A stretch of 64,000 nucleotides of DNA from Candidatus Latescibacterota bacterium (GTDB lineage Bacteria; Latescibacterota; UBA2968; GCA-2709665). This document shows positions 39,659-49,313 of the stretch, in pieces. The position numbers and the translations under genes are program-made. The notes under the pieces were generated by a model. The model searched no databases. It worked only from the letters and a program-made list of their open reading frames with translations, and was not told the DNA's origin. The stretch lies in the NCBI GenBank assembly GCA_965205485.1, contig OZ242180.1:1472001-1536000 (forward strand), written 5' to 3'. The stretch's first letter is position 1, and the number at the start of each line of letters is the position of its first letter.

Positions 39659-41884
39659 CTACAAGCTCCTCACCGTCCCCATCCGGTACGTCGGGTGACG
39701 CTCCATTTCCAGGGCCGCGTGACAGTAAAACGGGTATACGCTCCACTCGACACACCCCAGGAGATCGGGTTTCCCGTCGCCGTTGAAATCACCCGGCCAC
39801 GCGTTCGGGCCGTGAACCGTAAACGCGATCTCCTCGCCGTAACACCTGAATTCTCTCGGCAGGTCGAACACCGGAACATCCAACGAACCCACGTTGCGCA
39901 GCAGGTAGATCTTTCCCGTCCCCGCGACGTTATACACCAGGTCGATCAATCCATCCCCGTCCCAATCCACGGCGCGGAATGACTCTGTCCAGTGTTTCAT
40001 CCGACCCACGATGGAATCGTCGATCTCCCGCCCGTCCACGAGCCGCACGTGGTCATCCCGTTTCAGTCTTCGGGAGCCCTGCCCGTCCCGATATTGAACG
40101 AACAGCGTTGCTTTTCGGGTATGGTCGTGCGCGATAAAGTCCATCATCCCGTCGCCGTTCCAGTCCGCGAACGCCGCGCCGGTCCGCCAGAAAAACGGCG
40201 CACGCGCATCGTAGGGATAGGGACTGTTTGGCAGGGTCTCGTCTGCGGCCTCCCTGCCCGACTCCGCCCTCAGACCATCGGAATCCGGGAATCCATCCAC
40301 TTCCAGAAAACGGCGACCTCCAAACCTGGGTTCTTCACGCGTACCGATATTCCGATACCAGACAATCCGGTTCGTTTCGTTCGGGAGCATCAGGTCCGGC
40401 AGGCCGTCGCCGTCCCAATCCACGAATACGGGATAGGGATATCCCATATTGTGCCAGTGGTTGCTGTGCAGAATCTCATCGCGCAGCACCTGGATCGGTT
40501 GGCCTTCTGAATAAATCAGTTCCGGCTCCTTCCAGGCCGGCCGCTCATTGCTCCCGAAATTGACAACCACGCGCGGCCAACCGTAACCCCCGCCGATGAC
40601 GAGATCGGAGACGCCGTCGCCATTCCAGTCGCACGAACAAGGCCACGCCTGATCGCTCAATGACATCACGGCAGAAATAGAAAGGGCCCTTCCCCGGTGT
40701 TCGAATCGAGGATGGCCGCCGCGCGTTCCAACCCGTTCGTAGAATGAGATATTCTGAAACGCATTGTGCTGCACCAGAATCCCGCTCCGCCGGCCGTCCG
40801 TTACCGTGCTGATCCGGCTGCAGGATCCCGGCTCCAGGTCTCCCAGCTTCTGCTCCGGTCCGAACCGGGGCGGTTCTCCTCCCAGATTCTTCCGCCATCT
40901 CAGCGTATGGTCACACCCGCCAGCGGGCGTGGCCATGACGTCCGGCAATCCGTCACCGTCGAGATCCAGGAACGCGAGCTGTTTTCCGGCCTGGAGATCC
41001 ACCGCCTCGGCGGCTCTGAACGGCCAGCCGTCCGGATTCAGGTTCCTGATATAGTGCCCGTTTACCACCAGGTCGGGAATGCCGTTCCCGTTGAGATCCA
41101 CGATGCAGATGCCCCCGTTCTGAGCCACCGGCGCCGGAATCTCGATATCCTTCACGAAGACGGGCAGTCCGCCCCCGTCCCGTTCTCCTGAATTGAGGTA
41201 GACCGTTACCCCGGTATCACGCATCCCCGCGTACACGATATCGGGCAGCCCGTTGCCGTTCAGATCCGAAAAATCCGCTTCGGCGTACACGGCCGGGAAG
41301 TGCTTGAGTTCGCGGGATCCCCGCTTCTCGACGTAGCGCAACCGGGCAAGATCTCCGAACGTGAGGTCCTCATCCGGACCCACGCGGGGATAACAGACAA
41401 TCCCGCTGACGGGCGACCCCGGTCGATAGTAATAATTCCAGCACCCCGCCAGATCGGCGCGGCCGTCGCCTGTGATATCAACGAGCCGCATGGAATGCGC
41501 GAGCGCAATCGGGCGCGGGACCCCGGCGTTGTATCGCAGGAGATCGCCTACGCCGACCATAGGTGTGTACTTTTGCGGCTGCAGCGGCTGCCTTTCCGGC
41601 AGCGTGCGAAATCGGATTTCATAATCCGTATGGTCCGGGTTTTCGATCACCCACTCGATTCTTCCCCTGTCGCCATAGGCGAAGTCCTCGGTCCTGGCGA
41701 ACGCGACCGGCTTTCCTGAGGTTAGATCCACAACCTCGATGGAATTCGGATCGAACCGGCCGGTGGCTTCGGCCTCCCGTACCAGGCGACCGAAATCTAT
41801 CTCCACCGACATCGGAATACGCCCGAGATCCGCGGGCAGCGCCGACGTCACCCTCAGCCTGAATCCATATCGAAGGCCGGCCAT
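39659..41884 (-). CDS. FG-GAP/VCBS repeat (beta-propeller) protein
   Basis: At least eight D(W/L)(N/D)GDG.xD(L/I) repeats. Confidence 0.85.
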   Translation of the reverse strand: MAGLRYGFRLRVTSALPADLGRIPMSVEIDFGRLVREAEATGRFDPNSIEVVDLTSGKPVAFARTEDFAYGDRGRIEWVIENPDHTDYEIRFRTLPERQPLQPQKYTPMVGVGDLLRYNAGVPRPIALAHSMRLVDITGDGRADLAGCWNYYYRPGSPVSGIVCYPRVGPDEDLTFGDLARLRYVEKRGSRELKHFPAVYAEADFSDLNGNGLPDIVYAGMRDTGVTVYLNSGERDGGGLPVFVKDIEIPAPVAQNGGICIVDLNGNGIPDLVVNGHYIRNLNPDGWPFRAAEAVDLQAGKQLAFLDLDGDGLPDVMATPAGGCDHTLRWRKNLGGEPPRFGPEQKLGDLEPGSCSRISTVTDGRRSGILVQHNAFQNISFYERVGTRGGHPRFEHRGRALSISAVMSLSDQAWPCSCDWNGDGVSDLVIGGGYGWPRVVVNFGSNERPAWKEPELIYSEGQPIQVLRDEILHSNHWHNMGYPYPVFVDWDGDGLPDLMLPNETNRIVWYRNIGTREEPRFGGRRFLEVDGFPDSDGLRAESGREAADETLPNSPYPYDARAPFFWRTGAAFADWNGDGMMDFIAHDHTRKATLFVQYRDGQGSRRLKRDDHVRLVDGREIDDSIVGRMKHWTESFRAVDWDGDGLIDLVYNVAGTGKIYLLRNVGSLDVPVFDLPREFRCYGEEIAFTVHGPNAWPGDFNGDGKPDLLGCVEWSVYPFYCHAALEMERHPTYRMGTVRSL

Positions 41885-41888
41885 GCAG

Positions 41889-42428
41889 TTATCCCGTCTT
41901 CAACCGTCCCTGAAACGCGTTCCTGAACCACCGCATCTTCGGATCGATCACAAAGATGCAGTAGGGTTGGGCGCGATTCGAACGATAGTAGTTCTGATGG
42001 TAATCCTCGGCCCGGTAGAATTCGGCCATCGGCGAAATCTCGGTCACGACAGGATCCTTCCAAAGTTCCGACGCGTCCGTCTCCGACATGGATTGGACCG
42101 CTTCCGCCCGCTGGGAATCGTCGTGATAGAATATCACCGACCGGTACTGCGTGCCCACGTCCGCACCCTGACGGTTCAACGTTGTGGGGTCGTGGGTGCG
42201 CCAGAACACGTCCAGCAGGTCCCGGTAGGAAACCGTCTCCGGTTCGAACCGGATCTGTACCACCTCGGCGTGTCCCGTGGTCCCCTCGCACACTTCCTGG
42301 TAGGTCGGATTCGGAACCGATCCTCCCGCATATCCCGAGACCACTTCCAGCACCCCTTTCAGGTCCTGATAGAATGCCTCTACGCACCAGAAGCATCCCC
42401 CTCCGAACGTCGCGCGTTCTTCGTCCAT
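41889..42428 (-). CDS. msrA: Peptide-methionine (S)-S-oxide reductase
   Basis: GGGCFWCVE, GHAEVV, HDPTTLNRQGAD.GTQYRS and AEDYHQNY. Confidence 0.96.
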   Translation of the reverse strand: MDEERATFGGGCFWCVEAFYQDLKGVLEVVSGYAGGSVPNPTYQEVCEGTTGHAEVVQIRFEPETVSYRDLLDVFWRTHDPTTLNRQGADVGTQYRSVIFYHDDSQRAEAVQSMSETDASELWKDPVVTEISPMAEFYRAEDYHQNYYRSNRAQPYCIFVIDPKMRWFRNAFQGRLKTG

Positions 42429-42447
42429 TTCTGTCTCCTGACTCATA

Positions 42448-42711
42448 TTACTTCCTGGACATCCCGCGTGTATACACCTTGCCCTGAATGATCTTGTGGG
42501 CAACTCGCCCGCTGATCACCCGCTCCCGCGCGAATGCCTGCCCGCATTCGTGACACTTCAGGTCACCGCGGGTGAAGTCACTCACGATGCGTTCAAGGAA
42601 GCATTTGACAAGGCCGCCCCTTCCGCCTTTTTGGTACCTGTAGAGCAGCGTCCGGCATCCGGCGCAATGGATTGAAATGGTCCGTCGATCGACCCGCTCT
42701 CTGGGTGCCAT
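42448..42711 (-). CDS. Small zinc-ribbon-like protein
   Basis: 87 aa: CAGC..LYRYQKGGRGGLVKC...CHEC...AHKIIQGKV. Tightly packed between the PhyH gene and msrA. Confidence 0.7.
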   Translation of the reverse strand: MAPRERVDRRTISIHCAGCRTLLYRYQKGGRGGLVKCFLERIVSDFTRGDLKCHECGQAFARERVISGRVAHKIIQGKVYTRGMSRK

Positions 42712-42715
42712 TGCG

Positions 42716-43702
42716 CTACTCCGGGCGCAGTTCTCCCAGCGACGGCTCGCCAGGGGAAATGAACTCCACTGCAGGGTTTTCGATGCGACCGTATGCGTGC
42801 CACACCTTGAACCCGAGCAGCGCCAGCAATTCGGGAGAGGCTTCCCGCAGCACCTCCGGCGACGTGCCCACGGTGAAATTCTCCTGGGGCCGGAACTGCG
42901 GACCGCAGAAAGTGGTAAGCAGCGCCAGCCGTTGACCGCCGGTCGCGTTGGCCCCGGTTCCATGCCATATCCGCGCGTCGATAATCAGGGCCGTACCCGC
43001 CGGGCCCTCCGCGGCAACCGCCTCCAAATTGGAAGCCATGTCCGGCTGCCGCCCGTACAGGTGGCTTCCCGGCACGACGCGCGTACCCCCGTTTCCGGCG
43101 GTGAAATCCACGAGCATCCAGAGCACGTTCACCGCTGCCGCCGGTGCGATCATCGGCGGCGCGTCATCCACGTCCGTATCGAACCGCTCGCGTGTGATCG
43201 AGCCTACGGGCAATCCCTTCCTTCCCGGACGCGAGGGCGAAGGCATCCACCACTGGTCGGTATGCAGGTCCATCTCCACCCCGCCCTGCTTGGCGATATT
43301 GGCGGTAAAGCTCGAAAGCAGGTACTCCTCACCCAGAACATGGCCAATCACATCCCGCACCCGTTCCTGAAACAACACCTCATGAAATATCCGTCCCTTG
43401 TTGATCAACATCCACAGCCGCTGGTTGACGCCCCCCTGCGCAGCCGTGAAGGCTTCGGGCCGCACCTGGCCGCTTTCGTCCCGGAACGATCCCCAGTTCT
43501 GGTTCGGGCCGCCGTCTTCGTACGCCGCGCCCAGTTGCCTCTCCGCCTCCGCCTGCTCCGCCAGCCTTTTCCGCATGGCCGCAACCTGGTCCTGGCTCAA
43601 CGCGTCCTTCAGCAGACAATACCCGTGCTTCTCAATATTGGACTTCGCCAACGCCAGGTCGCCGGAAACCCGCGGCAATCCATCGACACCCAGGCCCGCC
43701 AT
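42716..43702 (-). CDS. Phytanoyl-CoA dioxygenase (PhyH) family Fe/2OG enzyme
   Basis: LHTDQ (HxD), DFTAGNGGTRVVPGSH, WHGTGAN and RPQEN. Start at MAGLG with a GGAGG RBS. Confidence 0.9.
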   Translation of the reverse strand: MAGLGVDGLPRVSGDLALAKSNIEKHGYCLLKDALSQDQVAAMRKRLAEQAEAERQLGAAYEDGGPNQNWGSFRDESGQVRPEAFTAAQGGVNQRLWMLINKGRIFHEVLFQERVRDVIGHVLGEEYLLSSFTANIAKQGGVEMDLHTDQWWMPSPSRPGRKGLPVGSITRERFDTDVDDAPPMIAPAAAVNVLWMLVDFTAGNGGTRVVPGSHLYGRQPDMASNLEAVAAEGPAGTALIIDARIWHGTGANATGGQRLALLTTFCGPQFRPQENFTVGTSPEVLREASPELLALLGFKVWHAYGRIENPAVEFISPGEPSLGELRPE

Positions 43703-43755
43703 AACGACACCTCCGTCATACGTCGATATCAGGTCATGTTTTCGGAAACATCCCC

Positions 43756-43921
43756 TAGCAGTCCGTTGATAAAGTCGCTCTGCAGGCGAGGCCGCGCCAT
43801 TGTGGGCGAAGACAAGGCGCGCGACCGAGTCCCATCCTGCGATTCGGCGAGGGAGCGCAACGCAGTATTTCGACCGCAAGAGCCGGCCGTAGCCCGGATG
43901 GGCTTTTTCAATGGGCTGCTA
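43756..43921. mobile_element. MITE family B (copy 1)
   Basis: Imperfect terminal inverted repeats TAGCAGTCCGTTGATAAAG / CTTTTTCAATGGGCTGCTA. Close homolog at 51583-51747. Confidence 0.82.
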
Positions 43922-44112
43922 TATGCTACGCCGGTATCCAGGGCAAGTCAACCCCGTTCCTACATCCGCCGAGACGCCTGGCCGGGTCTGCAATCAGCAG
44001 TTGAAATCCCGCCCTGTTTTTCGGTATTTTGAAGCGAATCAGACAAATCGGCGCGCCGAAGATGGTTCGTCGTCACCGTCCCGGCCGCCACCTTCATCGC
44101 GGCGAGGAATTC

Positions 44113-45459
44113 ATGGAACCGCGAAACCTCCAGGCGTCCGTGGAAAGGCAGATTGCCGAATACATGGACAACCACCCGCGTTCACGGGAGATGTTCAGGC
44201 GCGCCCAGGCGTCTCTTCCGGGCGGGAATACGCGCACCGGCGTACACTTCGACCCGTACCCGGTCTACGCCGACCACGGCGAAGGCGTCCATCTCATCGA
44301 TCTGGACGGCAATCGCCTTCTTGACTTCGTGAACAACAACACTGCCCTCATCCTGGGCCATGCGCATCCCGAAGTCGTCGCCGCCCTCCAGGAGCGCATC
44401 GCCCTCGGCACGGGCTTCTCGCGTCCGCTGGCCCTCGAAGTCGAAATGGCCGAATTTTTGAAGAACCGTGTCGCATCGTTTGAAAAGGTGCGCTTCTGCA
44501 GCTCCGGCACCGAAGCCATTATGAATGCCATCCGCGCCGCCCGCGCCTTCACCGGCAGCAACAGAATCGCCAAATTCGAAGGGGCGTACCATGGGATGGA
44601 TGAATACGTCATGGTTAGCCACGTCCCGCCGCTCGACGGGAATCTGGGACCTCCCGACCGTCCCGAATCCGTGCCTTCCTCGCGGGGTCTCACCCCCCAC
44701 GCTGTGGAGAATGTCATCGTCCTCCCGTTCAACGACGCCGATGCCTGCGACTCGATTATCAAACGTCACCGGGAAGATCTGGCCGCGGTGATTGTCGATC
44801 CGCTTTCCACTGCCGCCGGCTTCACCCTTCCGGCCGACGGTTTTCTGTCGCGCCTCCGTGAGATGACGGAACGCGCAGGCATCCTGCTTATATTCGACGA
44901 GATCGTCAGCTTCCGCATTTCCCGCGGCGGGGCGCAGGAAACGTATGGCGTGCGGCCCGACCTCACGTGTCTTGGCAAAGTCGTTGCCGGCGGTACCCCC
45001 GGCGCCGTCGTCGGCGGCCGTTCCGACGTCCTGGACCTCTACAACCCCACCGCAGGCGCGCCGGAAATCCCTCACTCCGGCACGTATAACGCCAACCCGA
45101 TCGCCATCGTCGCTGGCCTCACCACCTTGCGCCTTCTCACGCCGGAAGCCTACAAACGGCTGGCATCGCTGACACAGCGCCTCGCCACGGGGCTCGAACG
45201 TGTTTTTCAGGATGCAGGCCTTCAGGCACGGATCACAACGGCGGGCTCCCTGTTCCGCGTTCACTTCCTTCCCGAACGGCCCCGGAACTACCGCGAAGCC
45301 GCGCGCGATAACCAGCTATTGCACCGCTGGCTGTTCTTCGCCCTGCTCAATCGCGGGATCTACTGGAAACTCGGCGGCAATGTCTCACTTCCCATGGAAG
45401 ACCGGCACGTCGATCAACTGGTCTCGGCCGTCGACGACGCGCTTCGAGAATTTAAATAA
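44113..45459 (+). CDS. Class III PLP aminotransferase (glutamate-1-semialdehyde aminomutase-like)
   Basis: LPGGNTR, DLDGNRLLDF, SGTEA, KFEGAYHG, LIFDEIVSFR, DLTCLGK and HSGTYNANP. Confidence 0.88.
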   Translation: MEPRNLQASVERQIAEYMDNHPRSREMFRRAQASLPGGNTRTGVHFDPYPVYADHGEGVHLIDLDGNRLLDFVNNNTALILGHAHPEVVAALQERIALGTGFSRPLALEVEMAEFLKNRVASFEKVRFCSSGTEAIMNAIRAARAFTGSNRIAKFEGAYHGMDEYVMVSHVPPLDGNLGPPDRPESVPSSRGLTPHAVENVIVLPFNDADACDSIIKRHREDLAAVIVDPLSTAAGFTLPADGFLSRLREMTERAGILLIFDEIVSFRISRGGAQETYGVRPDLTCLGKVVAGGTPGAVVGGRSDVLDLYNPTAGAPEIPHSGTYNANPIAIVAGLTTLRLLTPEAYKRLASLTQRLATGLERVFQDAGLQARITTAGSLFRVHFLPERPRNYREAARDNQLLHRWLFFALLNRGIYWKLGGNVSLPMEDRHVDQLVSAVDDALREFK

Positions 45460-45725
45460 AGGATCGCCGATCTGATCTTGCATTTATCAATGGCAAGAGA
45501 CGAGATGCTCAATCTCACTTTCGACGGTAGACCGCACTTCCTGATCGTATTGTAACAGATCGGCCTTTATCGCAGTCACCAAGACACATCTTGTTTTAAC
45601 GTTCCCACCATCTGCCGTCGACAGTCCGTATGTGTCAATCGTATAGGGGCGGGAAATTTCGCTGGGTGGCGGCATCTATGAACAGCTTGTGGTCTGAATA
45701 GCGATTGACGGAGTTTTTTCTAACT

Positions 45726-45753
45726 AAAAAAAAGGCGGCCGTTGTAGCCGCCC
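45726..45753 (-). terminator. Rho-independent terminator after darT
   Basis: GGCGGC-TACAACG-GCCGCC followed by T8 on the minus strand. Confidence 0.75.
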
Positions 45754-45783
45754 TGAATCCAATATCAGCGATTTATAGTGAAT

Positions 45784-46785
45784 TTAAAATGGTAGCTCCG
45801 AGTCATCCAAATATCGATTTTCGTAAGCCGATTGCCCATCCAACGTAAATTTCACGGTATAGCTTTCTGGATGAGCTAGATTTGACAAATCAAGAGACAA
45901 CGTACCGCTGGCGTGGAAGTCATTCTTCTCCCATCCATAAATCTCCTTTGACTTTGTCTCTGTCAGTTCTATCTTCGCGTGAAAAGGACCCGTTATCTCT
46001 GATGGATTGAAACTGAACGCGTTGGAGGAAATACTGAGATCAGCTTTTTCCAAAAAGGGCCATTTTCCGAAAAACAGCATTGATCTTCTACTGACTCCTA
46101 TGTGTCTTGACCACTTGCGTCGCACTTTCCAGGGAAGCGAATAAATCAAAGTCTCAAATTCGGCCTGCGACCGACAACTGATCAGCTTTAAAGCGGATAG
46201 ATCAATATAGTTCGGGACTATAACTTCAGCGTGTCGATGATAGATAATTTCGCGCTTTTCACTTTCACTCAATCCCCACAAACTACGATCATGGTATATC
46301 TTCTCAAAGGGGAGCGATTGAAAGTACCCAGCAGTGTTTCCTGCATCTGCGCCAGAAGCCAGATTTCCAACGCTAAACATGGTTTCCGGTCTTGTCAGAA
46401 TTGATTCGGCGTCGAAAATAAAACCAACGGGTACGGGGCAGTGAGCATTCATTTCCCGCTGACCTACTGGTCTGAAACCCTCATTTATGTACTGTGTCGG
46501 TGTCCGCGGACGAAAATATAGGCGCACATACTCTTTCCACCGAGGCTGTGTAGTTGAAATGACTTCCGGGCTTGCAATGTCCGTAACCAATCCCCCAGTG
46601 CGTTCTAACTCAGCACGGGACACCAATTTGCCGTCGCCGAGAATCTTCACAGCATTGGTCAAATCAGTAATATGAAAAAGGTGGCCTGGCCACCAACGTT
46701 GTGATTCCCGTAACCATGCCTGCTCCTTGAGTGACCGAAAATGAGCGACGATTTTCTCTGCATTTTGTTTTAACGGCTTCGTCAT
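45784..46785 (-). CDS. darT: DarT ssDNA ADP-ribosyltransferase toxin (DUF4433) with C-terminal extension
   Basis: FHITDLTNAVKIL..GKLVSR, YVRLYFRPRTPTQY, FSVGNLAS and AEVIVP (putative catalytic Glu). ATGA overlap with the upstream macrodomain gene. Confidence 0.85.
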   Translation of the reverse strand: MTKPLKQNAEKIVAHFRSLKEQAWLRESQRWWPGHLFHITDLTNAVKILGDGKLVSRAELERTGGLVTDIASPEVISTTQPRWKEYVRLYFRPRTPTQYINEGFRPVGQREMNAHCPVPVGFIFDAESILTRPETMFSVGNLASGADAGNTAGYFQSLPFEKIYHDRSLWGLSESEKREIIYHRHAEVIVPNYIDLSALKLISCRSQAEFETLIYSLPWKVRRKWSRHIGVSRRSMLFFGKWPFLEKADLSISSNAFSFNPSEITGPFHAKIELTETKSKEIYGWEKNDFHASGTLSLDLSNLAHPESYTVKFTLDGQSAYENRYLDDSELPF

Positions 46786-47711
46786 ACTGGCTTAAGCTCA
46801 AAGGGAAACTTCTCGAATAACTTGGGAGGAATTGCTTGAGGTACTATTTGAAGGCCAATGCTTTGGCCTGAACTCAATGCCCAATAGTTATTACTGGCTG
46901 ACACCGACCGACAATAGGGCAATTCCGAAAAAAGTGCCACGATCTGATTCGAGATTATATCTAATCCTGCGGGCATTATCCCGGGAATTACAAATCCGCA
47001 ATTCCGTATAGTAGTCCACAATTCGATCAGTTCTTCTTTTGGGATGAAGGTTTTCTTGTCGTCTATATAAAAACAGATTCCCTGCTCATCGAGTTCCGAG
47101 GCAATTTTAACGTGGAAGATCTCGTGATCAAAGGAAGCACGTAACTCTAAGCCTGAACCGATCAATTCAGTCAAATCCTTCCAGACCTCGACAAATCCTA
47201 AAGATTCGAGATCGGACCGTAGCCAACTCGCCACAGCCCTTATGTCTCTGTGTTCAGGGACTTGTGGGTCCTGTCTATACAGGTGAATAAAAATGTCAAT
47301 AGGTAGCTTCCTCAGGTAATTCTCCATCAGTGGTTGCACCTGTCGATCCCAGTCCAATTCACCGTTACCACATCCTAAAGGCGGAAAAGCTACGCTGGTT
47401 ATACCACGTTTCGCATATTCTCTTACGAATGTGTTTAGACCACTTTCGATGTATTGAATTTCCGAAGGTTTGCGCCAAGTTGTCTTGGTGGGAAAATTAA
47501 GGATCCATTTGTTTGAAGTCTTATAGAGCCAGAGCTTACCCACGGTAAGCCGTTTCGTTTCGCAGTGTTTTTGATATTCGCGAAACATCTCAGGGTATAT
47601 CCGCTTAAAATCCTTCGCGATTCCTTTGCCCATGACCCCTACGGTATTGACCGTATTCACAAGAACCCTAGCCGGAGATTCGAACAAATCTCCTAATACG
47701 TAGGTAATCAT
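46782..47711 (-). CDS. darG: DarG macrodomain antitoxin (ADP-ribosyl glycohydrolase)
   Basis: GDLFES...LVNTVNTVGVMGKGIA..FK..YPEMF, ILNFPTK..WR and AFPPLGCGNGELDW. Confidence 0.9.
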   Translation of the reverse strand: MITYVLGDLFESPARVLVNTVNTVGVMGKGIAKDFKRIYPEMFREYQKHCETKRLTVGKLWLYKTSNKWILNFPTKTTWRKPSEIQYIESGLNTFVREYAKRGITSVAFPPLGCGNGELDWDRQVQPLMENYLRKLPIDIFIHLYRQDPQVPEHRDIRAVASWLRSDLESLGFVEVWKDLTELIGSGLELRASFDHEIFHVKIASELDEQGICFYIDDKKTFIPKEELIELWTTIRNCGFVIPGIMPAGLDIISNQIVALFSELPYCRSVSASNNYWALSSGQSIGLQIVPQAIPPKLFEKFPFELKPV

Positions 47712-47851
47712 ACTTTTTCCTTTCTACTTTGAGCGTTTGTATATTCCCAGATGTAGTATAGCGCTCAATGCAAAAGCCGGGCAATTCCTTTTCTCAGGGG
47801 CCATTCAGCGCCAATAACGACATAATCTGACTCGGATAGATTACCATTGTT

Positions 47852-47880
47852 AATATACTATACATTTGTTCATCTGTCAA
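47852..47880 (-). promoter_or_regulatory. Sigma70-type promoter upstream of darG
   Basis: TTGACA-N17-TATATT. Confidence 0.65.
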
Positions 47881-48057
47881 AATAGAAGTTTTCAAATTGA
47901 AAGACGATTTGATCAGAAAAAGCTAATAAAATTAATGGCTTGTAATACCTGACACCTTCTTCGCCCGTGATTGACGATTGCTTTGACGAGCAGATGTATT
48001 GGGAACCTGCTGGGCGCCGTTTGTTTCTCAAACTGAACTCGTATCGGAGATTGAAAA

Positions 48058-48294
48058 ATGACAGTTCAGGAAAAGGCGTTAAGCGAAATTACCAAAGAAG
48101 CCCTTGAAGTGCTTTCCAATGAGATCGGTATAGCCAATACGATTCGTTTCATTAATCAGTTTACAACAGGTATCGGAAACTATACCGAAGAGCGAGCACT
48201 TCTATTTGAGGATATGTCCCTGGGCCAGATCCTCACCGAGATCAAGAAAATGCGTAGTCATTCCAGCTCTGACCTGCGATCCAATACGAGCTGA
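48058..48294 (+). CDS. Small antitoxin-like protein of the family usually paired with a PIN toxin
   Basis: EITKEALEVLSNEIGIANTIRFINQFTTGIGNYTEER matches the G....RF..Q...G.GDYT.ER pattern (family assignment from recall). Confidence 0.6.
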   Translation: MTVQEKALSEITKEALEVLSNEIGIANTIRFINQFTTGIGNYTEERALLFEDMSLGQILTEIKKMRSHSSSDLRSNTS

Positions 48295-48472
48295 TTCGCT
48301 GTCGAGGAGATTTCCCCAGGAGATAGATCCGGTAGGAAATTACTGGGTCCGCTAGACTCTGAAAGCGGGAAAGAACCTCTCGGTCTCGGCGATCTGTCTC
48401 ACGTCCGCCGGTTTGATTTACCTTACTGGATTCTGTGTTTAGAGAATCGTCGATCGAAGTCTCCCAGAGTAA

Positions 48473-49240
48473 ATGGCAGATCCGAAGACCATCCGTAAAT
48501 CAGACCTCCTTCAGGGCTTCGCCGCCCTCGGCCTTTGTGACGGCGATGCGCTTCTCTTTCACAGTTCTCTCAAGAGTTTCGGATACCTCGAGGGCGGCGC
48601 GGATACCGTCATCGACGGCGCATTGGACGCCGTGGGCGAGTCAGGTACCGTGATCGTTCCGACTTTCGTTCAGAAGGTCAACGGCGAGTCCGCCACCTAC
48701 CGGACGCGGCTGGAAGCGTGGAACATCCGTTCGTCGCCATCTGACGTCGGGCACATCACGGAGGTCTTCCGCCAGCGCCCGGAAGCCGTGCGAAGCGACC
48801 ACTGCTGCGACTCCCTGGCAGCGATCGGGGCCGACGCCGGGTCCGCGATGGACGGACACAGGCACGCCGGTCCACGTTTCAGCCCGTGGGACGAGAAAGC
48901 GTTCGGCCATGGTTCGCCATGGGACTGGCTGGTGGAGCGCAACGCCCTGTACCTGCTCATGGGCGTTGGCTTCAACGTCTGCTCCATCTTCCACTACAAC
49001 CAGGCTTTATGGGTCGAGCGGAATGACGCCAACGCCGGCAACCCGCGCATGTGGCCCGTCTTCAACTTCAGCGTCATGGGCGAACGCGTAAAATCCGCCG
49101 GCCTCGTCAGTCAGGTTTGCGTGGGGCCTTCAGTCTGGCAGGCTTTCCGCGTCGTTCCCACCCTCGAACACGTCTCCCGCGTTCTCCGGGACGAACCCTC
49201 ACTCATCACGCTATCGCCATTGAAGGTCTACGGCGAGTGA
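48473..49240 (+). CDS. AAC(3)-family N-acetyltransferase
   Basis: LGLCDGDALLFHSSLKSFGYLEGGADTVI, GTVIVPTF, VGHITEVFR, RSDH and AFGHGSPW. Confidence 0.85.
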   Translation: MADPKTIRKSDLLQGFAALGLCDGDALLFHSSLKSFGYLEGGADTVIDGALDAVGESGTVIVPTFVQKVNGESATYRTRLEAWNIRSSPSDVGHITEVFRQRPEAVRSDHCCDSLAAIGADAGSAMDGHRHAGPRFSPWDEKAFGHGSPWDWLVERNALYLLMGVGFNVCSIFHYNQALWVERNDANAGNPRMWPVFNFSVMGERVKSAGLVSQVCVGPSVWQAFRVVPTLEHVSRVLRDEPSLITLSPLKVYGE

Positions 49241-49288
49241 TTAAAGCCGTCTGCGATCAGCAGTCAGCTTTCAGCATACCGAAAAGGC

Positions 49289-49313
49289 GGGCGACCACAA
49301 GGGTCGCCCCTAC
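49289..49313 (-). repeat. GTAG-type REP palindrome; second copy at 54214-54238 (+)
   Basis: GTAGGGGCGACCCTTGTGGTCGCCC versus GTAGGGGCAACCCTTGTGGTTGCCC, with a compensatory G-C to A-T change in the stem. Confidence 0.8.

Noticed and set aside
43703..43879. N-terminal extension MRSKYCVALPRRIAGWDSVARLV of ORF 42716..43879, similar to the start of ORF 50794..51705
   Set aside because: The shared peptide is translated MITE B sequence, not a common protein domain. Better starts lie at 43702 and 51462.
44113..45459. Calling the aminotransferase hemL
   Set aside because: It has GGNTR rather than the canonical GGVNSPVR and there are no heme genes nearby, so it is left as HemL-like.
45487..45675. 62-aa ORF downstream of darT
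   Set aside because: It lies beyond the darT terminator, has no RBS and no motif I recognise. It may be a gene remnant but cannot be assigned.
48473..49240. AAC(3) gene as an acquired aminoglycoside resistance determinant
   Set aside because: It has host-like GC and no mobile context, and many chromosomal members of this family act on other substrates.
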